Assembly (NCBI GenBank): GCA_964016885.1
Contig: OZ024741.1
Coordinates: 314,030,001-314,094,000, forward strand
Direction: 5' to 3'
From: Eledone cirrhosa
Taxonomy: Eukaryota
Length of the DNA: 64,000 bases
Shown here: piece by piece, positions 14,688 through 28,959 of the stretch
Numbering within the stretch: the first letter of the stretch is position 1
Layout: each line of letters opens with the position of its first letter
Made by a program: the position numbers and the translations under genes
Notes under the pieces: model-generated
Database searches by the model: none
Told to the model about the DNA's origin: nothing
Seen by the model: the letters and a program-made list of their open reading frames with translations, nothing else

Positions 14688-15103
14688 AGATCAAAAGATG
14701 GTTAAAGGAGTTCCATATATTTTATTATGCGCATTTCAAAAACAAACATCATCAAGCAATAATATTTGTGTTTTCATTAGATAAAACAGGAGAACATGAT
14801 ATGAAGGCTAAAAAACACTTGTTGATAGTGCAGTTTTAAATCAACATATGATATGTTGATTTAAAACTGCACTATCAACAAGTGTTTTTTAGCCTTCATA
14901 TCATGTTCTCCTGTTTTATCTGATGAAAACACAAATATTATTGCTTGATGATGTTTGTTTTTGAAATGCGCATAATAGAATATATGGAACTCCTTTAACC
15001 ATCTTTTGATCTTATATTATGCATACTCCAGTCCCACAAACTGTAGAGTGCTTCTTATCCGATATCTGCATTGCTTTATTGTACTACAATAAAACTCACC
15101 TCC

Positions 15104-15105
<2 letters not shown>
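14680..15105. mobile_element. 340-bp palindrome of PLE-type pLTR ends (centre 14850) plus tail
   Basis: Arms 14680-14849 and 14851-15019 are near-perfect reverse complements; related copy at 61660-62080. Confidence 0.9.
14912..14982 (+). ncRNA. Minimal hammerhead ribozyme (mirror copy 14718-14788 has CUAAUGA)
   Basis: uguuuuau CUGAUGA aaacacaaauauua..ugauguuuguuuuu GAAA ugcgca UA auagaaua. Confidence 0.85.
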
Positions 15106-15174
<69 letters not shown>

Positions 15175-15176
<2 letters not shown>

Positions 15177-16060
15177 TATATATATAAAGGTTTACATATA
15201 CATAAAGTTATAGATATATATGTTGCAACCGGTCACTTTTAAGCTCTATGAAGAATTAATAAATTAAATAATCAGAGCAATATATCACAAATCATGTCCT
15301 TAGAATTATTAGATAAAATATGTACCATTTCCTCTTCCAATTGGCATAATTAACCATATAAAAAATCAATTAGACCAAGCTATAAGAAGAAAGGCTCTTA
15401 TGAAGAAATCTCCGACAAATAACCGAGAGTGGCCTCTTCGCGGTGGCTCCAATAGTGTATTTATCCAACATTTCGACATCATGTAGAAACTGACTAAAGA
15501 TGTAATCAACCATACTCAATTAGGTGTAAAATTAAACTTAGAAGAAATCTGTACATACCGTAATTATATCTCTACCATGGTTTCATCCAATCACATTCTT
15601 TCTAGCTTGACCACAGCCACATAGCGATTCTTAGCCATTTTTTAATCTAATTTTGGCGCGATCAGGTTGGAAAACTAGATGTCTGATTTTGAGTTTATCT
15701 CCTGATGAATCCTAACTCAAGACATTCCTATTAATTGGATGTCTAAAAATACGGATGAAACCATGGTAGATATATAATTACGGTATGTACACATTTCTTC
15801 TAAGTTTAATTTTACACCTAATTGTGTATGGTTGATGATATATTTAGTCAGTTTCTACATGCAGTCGAAATGTTGGATAAATACTCTATTGGGGCCACCG
15901 CGAAGAGACCACTTTCGGTTATTTGTCGGAGATTTCTTCATGAGAGCCTTTTTTGTTAAAGTTTGGTCTAATTGATTTTTTATATGGTTAATTATGCTAA
16001 TTGGAAGAGGAAATAGTACGTATTTTATCTAATAATTCTAAGGACATGATTTATGATATA
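15175..16060. repeat. Fold-back of the 660-bp HHR unit (junction ~15588)
   Basis: 15280-15588 is inverted at 15752-16060. Confidence 0.85.
15694..15776 (+). ncRNA. Hammerhead ribozyme
   Basis: uuuaucuc CUGAUGA aucc...ggau GAAA ccaugg UA gauaua. Confidence 0.8.
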
Positions 16061-16073
16061 TATATATATAGAG

Positions 16074-16296
<223 letters not shown>

Positions 16297-16329
16297 GTAT
16301 ATATATAATATAATATATATATATATATA

Positions 16330-16570
16330 TAATATAGAATAAGGAAAAGCGAAGTAGTTTCAGATGTTCAAGTCCTTTAATAATAATGCTGTGATATATA
16401 TTTCAGTGACGACACTGGCCACACTGTTCTGTGTGTGAGTGTCGTGTCAACATCAGAAGGCTTGTTACATAATAAGGTTATGTTTCCGAGGCAATCTAAA
16501 TTGGATCGACAAGGGAACGGATGAATTGCGTGTTCTTGGGTTTTTCATCCGCTCCCTTGTGAGTATAATA
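16330..16570 (-). mobile_element. ~240-bp mini-element between TA tracts: long 5' hairpin + decayed HHR (16388-16462)
   Basis: Minus strand: uacuc acaagggagcggaugaa..uucauccguucccuug uc gauc, then CUGAUGU..acgacacu..aguguc gucacu GAAA uauaua UC. Confidence 0.65.
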
Positions 16571-16676
16571 TATATATATATATATAATATATATATAAAA
16601 TATATTTATATATATATAATATATATAATATATATATATATAATATATATATAATATATATATATATATAATATAT

Positions 16677-16729
<53 letters not shown>

Positions 16730-16846
16730 TATATAATATATATATATATATATAATATATATATATATAATATATATATATATAATATATATATATATAA
16801 TATATATATATATAATATATATATATAATATATATATTATATATAT

Positions 16847-18072
<1,226 letters not shown>

Positions 18073-18225
18073 TATATATATATATATATATATATGCAAA
18101 AGTTCTATTTAAATTGTTGGGATACAACAAGCAAATATTTTTATAACTGATATAAAGCACTCGACAAGTATTTGGAGTAAATATACGATATTAACAAATG
18201 GAAACTATATTTATAAAACCATATC

Positions 18226-18290
18226 TATTTTATTATACATATTTCAAGGATACCATGTTAAATTATGGTATACTTTCATCAGACAAAATA
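18226..18290 (-). ncRNA. Minimal hammerhead ribozyme
   Basis: uauuuugu CUGAUGA aag.auacca..ugguau.cuu GAAA uaugua UA auaaaaua. Confidence 0.85.
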
Positions 18291-18438
18291 CAATATATAC
18301 CAGTTTTATAAATAAATATTGACATACACTTTCAAACTACAACCGTTACTTTTGGAAGACATCCTGATGTCTTCCAAAATTAACGGTTACATTTTGAAAG
18401 GGTATGTCAATATTTATTTATAAAAATGGTATATATTG

Positions 18439-18503
18439 TATTTTGTCTGATGAAAGCATACCATAATTTAACATGGTATCCTTGAAATATATATAATGAA
18501 ATA
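18439..18503 (+). ncRNA. Minimal hammerhead ribozyme
   Basis: uauuuugu CUGAUGA ... GAAA uauaua UA augaaaua. Confidence 0.85.
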
Positions 18504-18583
18504 GATATCGTTTTATAAATATAGTTTCCATTTGTTAATATCGTATATATATATATATATATACATATATATATTATATATAT

Positions 18584-18658
<75 letters not shown>

Positions 18659-18662
18659 ATAT

Positions 18663-18736
<74 letters not shown>

Positions 18737-18737
18737 A

Positions 18738-18791
<54 letters not shown>

Positions 18792-18821
18792 TATAAATAT
18801 ATATGTATATATATGTAATAT

Positions 18822-18864
<43 letters not shown>

Positions 18865-18926
18865 TATATATAACATATATATATATATATATATAAAATA
18901 TATATATATATAATGTATATATATAT

Positions 18927-18975
<49 letters not shown>

Positions 18976-19030
18976 AATTAATAAAAACAATGCATTAAAA
19001 CAAAGAAACAGTTTCTTATATTAACAAATT

Positions 19031-19166
19031 CATCATTTTACGATCGTTTCTAGTATATATATGTTAGTGTTGGTATGTATATCATATAGATCTATGTAAA
19101 TTTTTTACAAGCTATCAGAGGGAATATACATACCTACACATATATATGCTGTCTTCAGAAATAATG
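19031..19166 (-). ncRNA. Hammerhead ribozyme with ~100-nt stem II, in pLTR fragment 18975-19535
   Basis: cauuauuu CUGAAGA [long hairpin] GAAA cgaucg UA aaaugaug; 8-bp stem I. Confidence 0.8.
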
Positions 19167-19592
19167 GTATTTGTTTATTGAAAAAAAACCAACAAGGATT
19201 TAATAAAATAGGTCTGTTTGGGAACAGGTTTTGAATTGACCAACAGAAAGGTAGTAAAGGTCAAGATGGTACAATAGTAGTAATAGAACTTTAATTTAGG
19301 GGTAGAGGAAGGTAGATTTCAGTTTGGGATGGAAAGAATATGATGAATAGAAAATTATTTTAGGGTTGAGAATAGGTCATATGCTGTCTTCAGAAATAAT
19401 TATATTTGTTTATTGAACAGAACCAACAAAATGTAATATAATAGGTCTGTTTTGGAACAGGTTTTGAATTGACCAATAGAAAAGTAGTAACTGGTTAAAA
19501 TGGTAAAGTAGTAGTAATAGAACTATAAAATTTACATATATATATAATATATATATATATATATAATATATATATATATTTATAATATATAT

Positions 19593-19635
<43 letters not shown>

Positions 19636-19655
19636 TATATATATATAATATATAT

Positions 19656-19699
<44 letters not shown>

Positions 19700-19703
<4 letters not shown>

Positions 19704-21145
19704 AACGAGTAGGACCCCGACGGCTGAGCTCAAGCCGTTTCGACGGCTAATTCTGGACTAAATGAACATTTTTATCCTGGCATATGAATAGCCGAGCTTC
19801 TCAGGGGGTAATTCCATATATGGTAAAAAGTGATCGTCACAAGGATTGGTCAAAAGTTTGTTGTTGAGACACATAAATCTATCATGGCAATTTGTGGAGG
19901 GATGGGGTAGCTGAACCTGCCAGTAGAAGAAAGAGGGAGGGGGTGGAGGAAACCCAGTCGTGCGTTGATAGTGCCAACTACAGCAGGGAAGGAGGTCAAG
20001 GAAGTATACTAGGGAGGGGGAGGGGGAGGAAGTCGAAACAATAAGTAAAACAATATGGGGTAAATATATAGAAAAATACCGAGAATGTTAAAAAAACAAT
20101 TAAATATAAAAAAATTATGGGTACTATAACCTAAGGACAGCTATCAAGTCTCTCACTGGTACTGCTAGACTAAAGAAAGGTTTACTAGGTGGGACGGATT
20201 TATAATGAAACCCTTTTAAGAGGTAGTAGTAAACAACCGAGTATATCTTACGGTGACGGGTCAACAAGTGGGGGGCCAAAATACTAAAGAAACTACCCCG
20301 AAATAATAATTCAGTGTCCCGAGACTAATACGAAATAATGGTTTCTACCCTAGGCACGAGGCCAGCAACCACCCAGTGCCAAAAAGAAACTAATACGAAA
20401 TAATAATTCAGAATGCCGAAAAAGAATACTAATACTATATTTAAGGGTGCCGCTACGATACAAAAATTCTAGTGCAAACTACATAAATGCTCGTACGAGG
20501 TATATGGAAAATTTGATACGGAAAATTAATTCAGAATCCCACTAACCCCCCCCCCCCCCAAAAAAATACTGATATACGAGAAATTAAAGCAAAGATACCA
20601 CTAAGAAATGTAGAAAGCACGGAAAAGGGGCAGCCATCGGATAAGAAGGCATGTAACCGGGGTCTATCACATCTGCTATAAGAAGCGGAGTCGGCCAATT
20701 CTATCATAGAATAGGGTAAGGGGTGGGGGTACTGAGGCTACAAAGGACCGAGGGGCTGCCTCGGGTGGGCGATAAAGTGAAAAGGACGACGACAAAGAAA
20801 GAGGACTGGGGTGGAAGGACTAGGGAGGGATGGGTGGAAGAAGGAAATATAGAGGAAGCGATAAAAAGATATAGAAGAAATCTTACGTCTACCTTTGCAA
20901 GCAGGGGTTACCCATTACAAAGTCGGAAAGTGGGGTGTTACAGCCCTTGTCTACCGCCCTGGTCATTATGGGGTTTGATGGCAAGGTAAGTCCTACGCAA
21001 TCGGTATTTGCATGCAGTTACCAGTTCATCTTTCTTTTTTAAGAGTTGGTCGAAAACAGCATTTGTAAAGTTTCTTTCGAGCATAAATTGTACGGACGGC
21101 GTCCTCGCGTGTAAGAGTTGGCTCTGGACAGTAAGCTCCAAGTGA
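19700..21145 (-). mobile_element. 3' end of a Hydra-like PLE (GIY-YIG C-terminus + 1.2-kb 3' UTR)
   Basis: 20938-21141(-): LERNF...QLLKKKDELVTACKY parallels LLNRKSEIFSSCQH of 56412-57329; HHR-like motif at the far end. Confidence 0.6.
19714..19809 (-). ncRNA. Type-I hammerhead-like motif with full stem III and variant core CUGAGAA
   Basis: acccc CUGAGAA gcucggcuauuc..gaauuagccguc GAAA cggcu ugagcuc agccg UC ggggu. Confidence 0.65.
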
Positions 21146-21800
21146 GATCATAGGTAATATTGTTATACTTATATTTTAATGAGCCAGTATATTTTAGGTA
21201 AATTATAACAAAATAATAGATTGATGTATGTTAAGGTTAAATATACACCTATATATAACAGGGTGTAAATGCATAAATTATTCATAGTTCTGAGTAAATA
21301 TAATCAAGAAATTTAGAAGTTAACTAAAAATGATGTATAGGAAGATATAGGGAGGTATATATAGAGATATATATTAGGTATTAGTGGTACAGTATACTTT
21401 AGGTAAATGATAACTGTTACAATTTTATATAATAAAGTTCTACGTGTTACAGTTAAATACATATATATATATAAGAGAAACAATAATAAATGCATGGATA
21501 ATTCAGAGTTCAAAATAATGTCTATAATAATTTATAGTTTGGATATTTGCTCGATATTTGAATCATGGAAATATAAATGCAGTAGGTATATTTAAAAAAT
21601 ATAGAAAATATAATTACATACATATTATAATATATTATAAATGGGAGATCAAAAAACGCATTAAAAAATTCACAGTTATAAACAAGATCCGTAAAATTGT
21701 ATGGGTTGGATATTAAACTAAAATTTAAAACTTAGAAAGGAAGATAGATATAGAGATAAAGAAATAAAGAAATAATGGTATTGATCAAAGTTAGTAAAAT

Positions 21801-21970
21801 AATTGTTTCTACTTTAGGCACAGGGCCAGCAATTACCCAGTGCATTACTGGTACTTTATTTTATCGACCCTCTAAGGATGGAAGGCAAAGTCAACCTCGG
21901 CAGGATTTGAACTCAGATCGTAAAGGGACGTAACTATGCTGGAAAGCATGGCGTCCGACCCTCTACCGAT
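21801..21970 (-). mobile_element. tRNA-derived SINE, slightly 5'-truncated
   Basis: Reverse complement of the SINE at 13973; present only in the inverted arm. Confidence 0.9.
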
Positions 21971-22880
21971 AAAATAGTGTTATGTTTGTCAATGTTCCGG
22001 CATGTTATTGAACAAGTGTCTCGTTGCCTCCATAAAGCTACATCCAAATTCTTAGTCTCTCACAATACGATAAAAAAAGAGAGTCTAGCATTAAACCATT
22101 AAAAACTTGGTTGTCAGACATATATAATCAACAGGGAAAAACATTAATGGCCTTTTGCATTATCTTTTAATTATCTATAGAAGAAATAACGCTCGAATGA
22201 AAGACTATTGTTCACTAACATGCCGGAACATTGACACATATAACATTAGTTTACTAACTTTGATCAATACCATTATTTCTTTATTTCTTTATTTCTTTAT
22301 TTTTTTATCTCTCTATCTATCTTCCTTTCTAAGTTTTAAATTTTAGTTAAATATCCAACCCATACATTTTTACCGATCTTGTTTATAACTGTGAATTTTT
22401 TAATGCGTTTTTTTTTATCTCCTATTTATAATATATTATAATATGTATGTAATTATATTTTCTATATTTTTTAAATATACCTACTGCATTTATATATTCA
22501 TGATTCAAATATAGAGCAAATATCCAAACTATAAATTATTATAGACATTATTTTGAACTCTGAATTGTCCATGCATTTATTATTGTTTCTCTTATATATA
22601 TATATATGTATTTAACTGTAACACGTAGAACTTTATTATATACAATTGTAACTGTTATCATTTACCTAAAGTATACTGTACCACTAATACCTAATATATA
22701 TCTCTATATATACCTCCCTATATCTTCCTATACATAATTTTTAGTTAACTTCTAAATGTCTTGATTATGTTTACTCTGAACTATGAATAATTTACACCCT
22801 GTTATATATAGGTGTATATTTAACCTTAACATGCATCAATCTATTATTTTGTTATCATTTACATAAAATATACTGGCTCA

Positions 22881-22983
<103 letters not shown>

Positions 22984-23551
22984 ACATAATCGTTATTTAA
23001 ATATTTCTAAACATAAGTACTTCACAAGATTTACATACATAATACGCTCAGTATCTCCGTTAAAGCTTACATTTAGGAAAATAATCAACAGTATAAACTC
23101 TCACTCCTGTTGGCCATCTAAATCCTATAAATGTTACCCTCATGAAATTCAGAAGCTTTGAAATGTTAACACACTTATAGAATTTATAAACTAATATATA
23201 AATAACCAGCAATTTAAAAAAAAAACCACAAAATCTTGAATCTTCACCCTATAATACCATAAATTAAATATTTTCAAAATTAACCGTTTAACTTTCTGCA
23301 AAAATAAATCTCCTTTCAGCATTTACCTCCCCCCCCCCCCCCCTTTATTCATAAACTGTAGTATCATACATTGTAATATCTATATAACTGTTACATTAAG
23401 CAACGTTTTTCTTACTCGCACTTTCTCTATTGAATTTATTACGTTTTCGCATTTTCTCATTATTAGGGTATACATGTTAAATTTTTCTTGGGTTAATCAC
23501 TACCTTGATTAAATCTTAACCATTTAACATTTTGAGGGTATGTCATGTATT

Positions 23552-23614
23552 ATTATATTTTGTCTGATGAGGACGTACTGTTGTACATCCGAAATATGTA
23601 TAATAATATGTAAT
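23552..23614 (+). ncRNA. Minimal hammerhead ribozyme, 5' pLTR
   Basis: auuauauuuugu CUGAUGA ggacguac uguu guacaucc GAAA uaugua UA auaauauguaau. Confidence 0.85.
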
Positions 23615-23812
23615 TGATCAAAAGAACATCTATTTTATTAATATTTGTATTTTAATATTAATAACTCTGGAAATTTATTTAACGTAGAGTGCTTCCAATC
23701 TACTGTAAAACTCATTCTTTGACATACTCATTGAATGTTGTTTAACTATTTAAAATAATGCTCACAATTGTTTGAGCGCTTTTCTATACAATAGATTGTA
23801 TATTCAATAAAT

Positions 23813-26075
23813 ATGGATTTCTTAAACTTCCCGACTTCCCTCAAAGATATACCCATACCTTCAAATGAAGAATACATGAGAAAAACTATAGAACAGACAA
23901 ACTCTTTTATTAGAAGATTGATATGAAGAGCTTTTCATTTCGAAAATAAAGATGCTGAAAGAAAAACCAACAACAATCATTTCGAATCTTTATTTAAATC
24001 AAGAAAGAATCCTCCATACAACAAACTTCTGGAGTTTTTTGAAACAGAAATGCTCGGTATAATCAAACAAATTAAATTTAGGAAAAACCCATATATAGGT
24101 CACCAATACCTCAGAACTCTAAAAGATAAAATCACTGAAATTAAAAATGTTAACAAAGTATTGGTTAAATCGGACAAAACTAATAATCTATATGGGATAA
24201 GCAAAGATGAATATAACAACTTGATTTTAAAAGAACTTATGAAAAATTACAAAAAAGCTCCGGCTGAGGAACTTACTGAAATTAATGAAGAAGCCTACAA
24301 ATTAATTACCAATTTAGGAATAGAAGGAAGAACTTAACCATTCTTACCTAGACAGCCGATGATTAACCTGAAGGATCATAAAAGAAACTTTAAGGAAGAG
24401 ATGCCGGTTAGACTGATTACTCCATCGAAATCGGATATAGGAGTAATCAGTTAAAACATCATAGATAGAATATTACCCACTCTTAAACTGAAATCTAACT
24501 TGAGCTTATGGAAAGATACAAACGAAGTCATAGAATGGTACACGAATATAGAAGATTAAAAAAACCATAAATTCATCCAGGTGGACATTACTAGCTACTA
24601 TTCTTCCATAACACCTACCCTTCTAAATAAGGCCATTTCATATGCTTATAAGCATACTGATATAACCACGGATGAAATCAATATAATACTAACAGCCAGA
24701 AGAACTCTTATTAACTTCAACAAGGAATTCTGGACACGATCAGATAGAAATAGAAACTTTGATATCACTATGGGTGCATCCGATTCCGCGCAAATCACTG
24801 ATCTTCTGGGAATTTTCATATTAAACATGATAAATAGAAAACTGCCGGAGATTACCGGTGGTTTATATAGGGACGACACTTTATTTACGGTGGTCAAACA
24901 ACAATATAGAACTAAATAAAGTAAAGAAAAGTATAATAGAATTCTTTAAAATGTACGACCTTAAATTAGAAGTTGAAAATGGTACCAAAATAGTTAATTT
25001 CCTAGACGTTACCTTTAACTTAAACACTGGCTTCTATTACCCTTTTCATAAGCCCAATGAAAACTTAAACTGTGTTAGTAACCATTCAAATACACCTAAA
25101 TATGTAGAAAGACGCTATAGTAAATAGTGTGCAAAAAAGGAAATAATAAAATATCAGCCAATAAGGATATATTCGATGAAAATGGTGAATACTACAACAA
25201 CGCGTTAAAAAGAACAGGATATACGAATAATATAGAATATGTAGATAATAATAATCCAAGTATTATACTTAATAAAAATAATAACATATATAAGATAAAC
25301 TCTAATAATTATAATTCAAACACACCCATATGCCAAATAAATCGAGGATACGAACTAGAACTAAATCAGTCATATGGTTTGCCTACCCCCTGCTTCGGTC
25401 GCAGTTAAAACACCAATTGCAAAATGATTCTTTAACTCTCTTGACACCTCTTTCCCTACTCAACATAAATACCATTCCATTTTTAACAGACATACCGTTA
25501 AATTCTCCTATTCTACAACCATGAACATGGCCCAAAACATTGCCAAATTAAACAATAAAATCATAAAACGAAACCAACATATTGATCTTAATAATAGAGT
25601 TAACATAAATGATACTAAACCAAAATGTAATTGTAGAAAAAAAACTGATTGCCCTTTGCAAAATAATTGTCTAGATAGTAATTTGGTTTATAAATGCACC
25701 GTAAAAACTGATCACAACAAATACAACTACATAGGATCAACTTTTTCCACATTTAAAGCCCGATTTGCGATACATAAATGCTCATTCTCAAACTCAGAGA
25801 GGAAATCATCCACGTCTTTATCACAGCTCATATGGTCATTAAAAGAGAAAAAATTTAAAATACTCCATTCTTTGGACAAAACTTTGTAACTCTGGAATTT
25901 ACCGAAACTCTAGTATATCAAATAACTGCGCGCTCTGTACAATGGAGACCCTGTTGATTATTAATAACTATGAGACCCTAATTAACAAAAAAATGAATTA
26001 TTCTCTAGTTGCCTCCATAAAGCTACATCCACATTCTTAGTCTCCCACAAAACGAGAAAAAAACAGAGTCTAGCA
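23813..26075 (+). pseudogene. PLE RT-GIY-YIG polyprotein, disrupted
   Basis: KSDKT, FIQVDITSYYSSI, FDITMGASDSAQITDLLG, GGLYRDD, VNFLDVTF, CNCRKKTDCPLQNNCL..NLVYKC.V....YIGST; several stops and frameshifts. Confidence 0.9.
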
Positions 26076-26626
26076 TTAAACCATTAAAAATTGGGTTGTC
26101 AGACATATATAATCAACAGGGAAAAACATTAATGGCCTTTAATATTGCATTATTTTTTAACTATCTATAGAAGAAATAACGCTCGAATGAAAGACACTTG
26201 TTCAATAACATGCCGGAACAATGACACATATAACATTAGTTTACTAACTTTGATCAATACCATTATTTCTTTATTTCTTTATTTCTTTATTTCTTTATCT
26301 CTCTATCTATCTTCCTTTCAAAGTTTTAAATTTTAGTTTAATATCCAACCCATACATTTTTACGGATCTTATTTATAACTGTGAATTTTTTAATGCGTTT
26401 TTTGATTTCTTATTTATAATATATTATATTATGTATGTAATTATATTTCTATACATAATTTTTAGTTAACTTCTAAATTCTTAGTTAACTTCTAAATTTT
26501 TGATTATGTTTACTCTGAACTATGAATAATTAATGCATTTACACCCTGTTATATATAGGTGTATATTTAAACTTAACATGCATGAATCTATTATTTTGTT
26601 ATCATATACCTAAAATATACTGGCTC

Positions 26627-26713
<87 letters not shown>

Positions 26714-27269
26714 ATCGTTATTTAAATATTTCTAACAATAAGTACTTCACAAGGTTTACATACCTAATACGCTCAGTATCTCTGTTAAAGCTTACATTTA
26801 GGAAAATAATCAACAGTATAAACTCTCACTCCTGTTGGCCATCTAAATCCTATAAATGTTACCCTCATGAAGTTCAGAAGCTTTGAAATGTTAACACACT
26901 TATAGAATTTATATAACTAATATATAAATAACCAGCAATTTAAAAAATAAAGGCAATATCTTGAATTTTCACCCTATAATACAATAAATTAAATATTTTC
27001 AAAATTAACCGTTTAACTTTCGGCAAAAATAAATCTCCTTCAGCAAATTACCCCTTCCCCCCTTTATTCATAAATTATAGTATCATACATTGTAATATCT
27101 ATATAACTGTTACATTAAGCAACGTTTTTCTTACTCGCACTTTCTCTATAGAATTTATTACGTTTTCGCATTTTCTCATTATTAGGGTATAAATGTTAAA
27201 TTTTTCTTGGGTTAATCACTACCTTGATTAAATCTTAACCATTTAACATCTCAGGGTATGTCATGTATC

Positions 27270-27332
27270 ATTATATTTTGTCTGATGAAGACGTACTGTT
27301 GTACATCCGAAATATGTATAATAAAATGTAAT
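27270..27332 (+). ncRNA. Minimal hammerhead ribozyme, 3' pLTR
   Basis: 12-bp stem I auuauauuuugu/auaaaauguaau, CUGAUGA, GAAA uaugua UA. Confidence 0.8.
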
Positions 27333-27433
27333 TGATCAAAAGAACATCTATTTTATTAATATTTGTATTATAATATTATATATATAAAGAATATATACAT
27401 ATATAATATATATATATATATATATAATATATA

Positions 27434-28935
27434 TTCTCTGTATCTCTCACTTTCTTTTTACCCCCTCTGCCAGTCACTCTCTCAGTTAGCCTCTTCTTTA
27501 CACTTTCACTCACTCACTCTCTGCTACTACCTCTCCATCACTTCCTCCCGTTTGACCTGTGCGAAATCCTTTCCTTGCTGACATTTCAACCATGTTGGAT
27601 GGTCTCTTTTCTCTCGTCTACGATATCACAGAACTTATGTTCATCGATTTCAAGGACTAGACTCCTTCTTCCTCACTTTTCGTTGCATTACCATCTTTGT
27701 TTGTTTGTTTATTGTCTCGCTCGTTCCCCCTATTTACGTGTCCCAACAACTGTTTTTAGCCGTTGCTCGCACCAACCAGAGGTATATGATCTTTAAAGCG
27801 ATGAAATACCAATGAAGGCTGGAAGATCACTGATGAAGGACTAATTTTATTCATATGTAACCCTTGCAAACACGCAGCCTGCCATTTCTTTCATATATTT
27901 ATATATTTTCCTCCCTCTGACCCGTCTGTTTCGTTCTTACTGCTTCCCATTTCTCTGTATCTCTCACTTTCTTTCTAGCCCCTCTGCCAGTCACTCTCTC
28001 AGTTAGCGTGTTCCGCAAACTTTCACTCACTCACTCTCTGCTACTCCCTATCCATCACGTCTTCCCGTTTGACCTGTGCGAAATCCTTTTCGTCGCTCAC
28101 ATTTGAACCAGTTTGGATGGTCTTTTATCTCTCGTCTACGATATCACAGAACTTATGTTCATCGATTTCAAGGACTTGACTCCTTCTTCCTCACTTTTCG
28201 TTGCATTACCATCTTTGTTTGTTTGTTTACTGTCTCGCTCGTCCACCCTATTTACGTGTCCCAACGACTTTCTTTAGCCGTTGCTCGCACCAATCAATGG
28301 TATATGATTATTTAAAGCGATGAAATACCAATGAAGGCTGGAAGATCACTGATGAAGGACTAATTTTATTCATATGTAACACTCTGCAACCACGCAGCCC
28401 GCCATTTCTTTCATATATTTATATATTTTCCTCCGCTGTGACCCGTCTGTTTCTTTCTTACTGCTTCCCCTTTCTCTGTATCTCTCACTTTCTTTTTAAC
28501 CCCTCTGCCAGTCACTCTCTCAGTTAGCGTGTTCCTCAAACCTTCAATCACTCACTCTCTGCTACTCCCTATCCGTCACTTCCTCCCGTTTGACCTGTGC
28601 GAAATCCTTTCCTCGCTGACATTTCAACCAGGTTGGATGGTCTCTTTTCTCTCGTCTACGATTTCACAGAACTTATGTTCATCGATTTCAAGGACTTGAC
28701 TCCTTCTTCCTCACTTTTCGTTGCATTATCATCTTTGTTTGTTTGTTTACTGTCTTGCTCGTCCCCTCTATTTACGTTTCCCAACGACTTTCTTTAGCCG
28801 TTGCTTGCACCAACCAGAGGTATATGATTTTTAAAGCGATGAAATACCAATGAAGGCTGGAAGATCACTGATGAAGAACTAATTTTATTAATATGTAACC
28901 CCTTCGCAACCACGCAGCACGCCATTTTTTCATAT
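27434..28935 (+). repeat. Tandem array of ~520-bp pyrimidine-rich units (about 2.9 copies) with permuted HHR-like core
   Basis: ttctctgtatctctcac at 27434, 27951 and 28472; inverted fragment at 51565-51662. Confidence 0.9.
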
Positions 28936-28959
28936 ATATATATATATATATACATATAA

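Larger units (their letters stand above)
18095..18547. mobile_element. 365-bp palindrome of Hydra-like pLTR ends (centre ~18365) plus tail 18095-18180
   Basis: 18181-18363 mirrors 18366-18547; the arm resembles the pLTR end at 23530-23650. Confidence 0.9.

Noticed and set aside
23924-23926. In-frame TGA as possible selenocysteine (Naiad-type PLE)
   Set aside because: It aligns to Trp in the related ORF (RIRWRT at ~58815), the EN is C-terminal and the ORF has other stops; ordinary decay.
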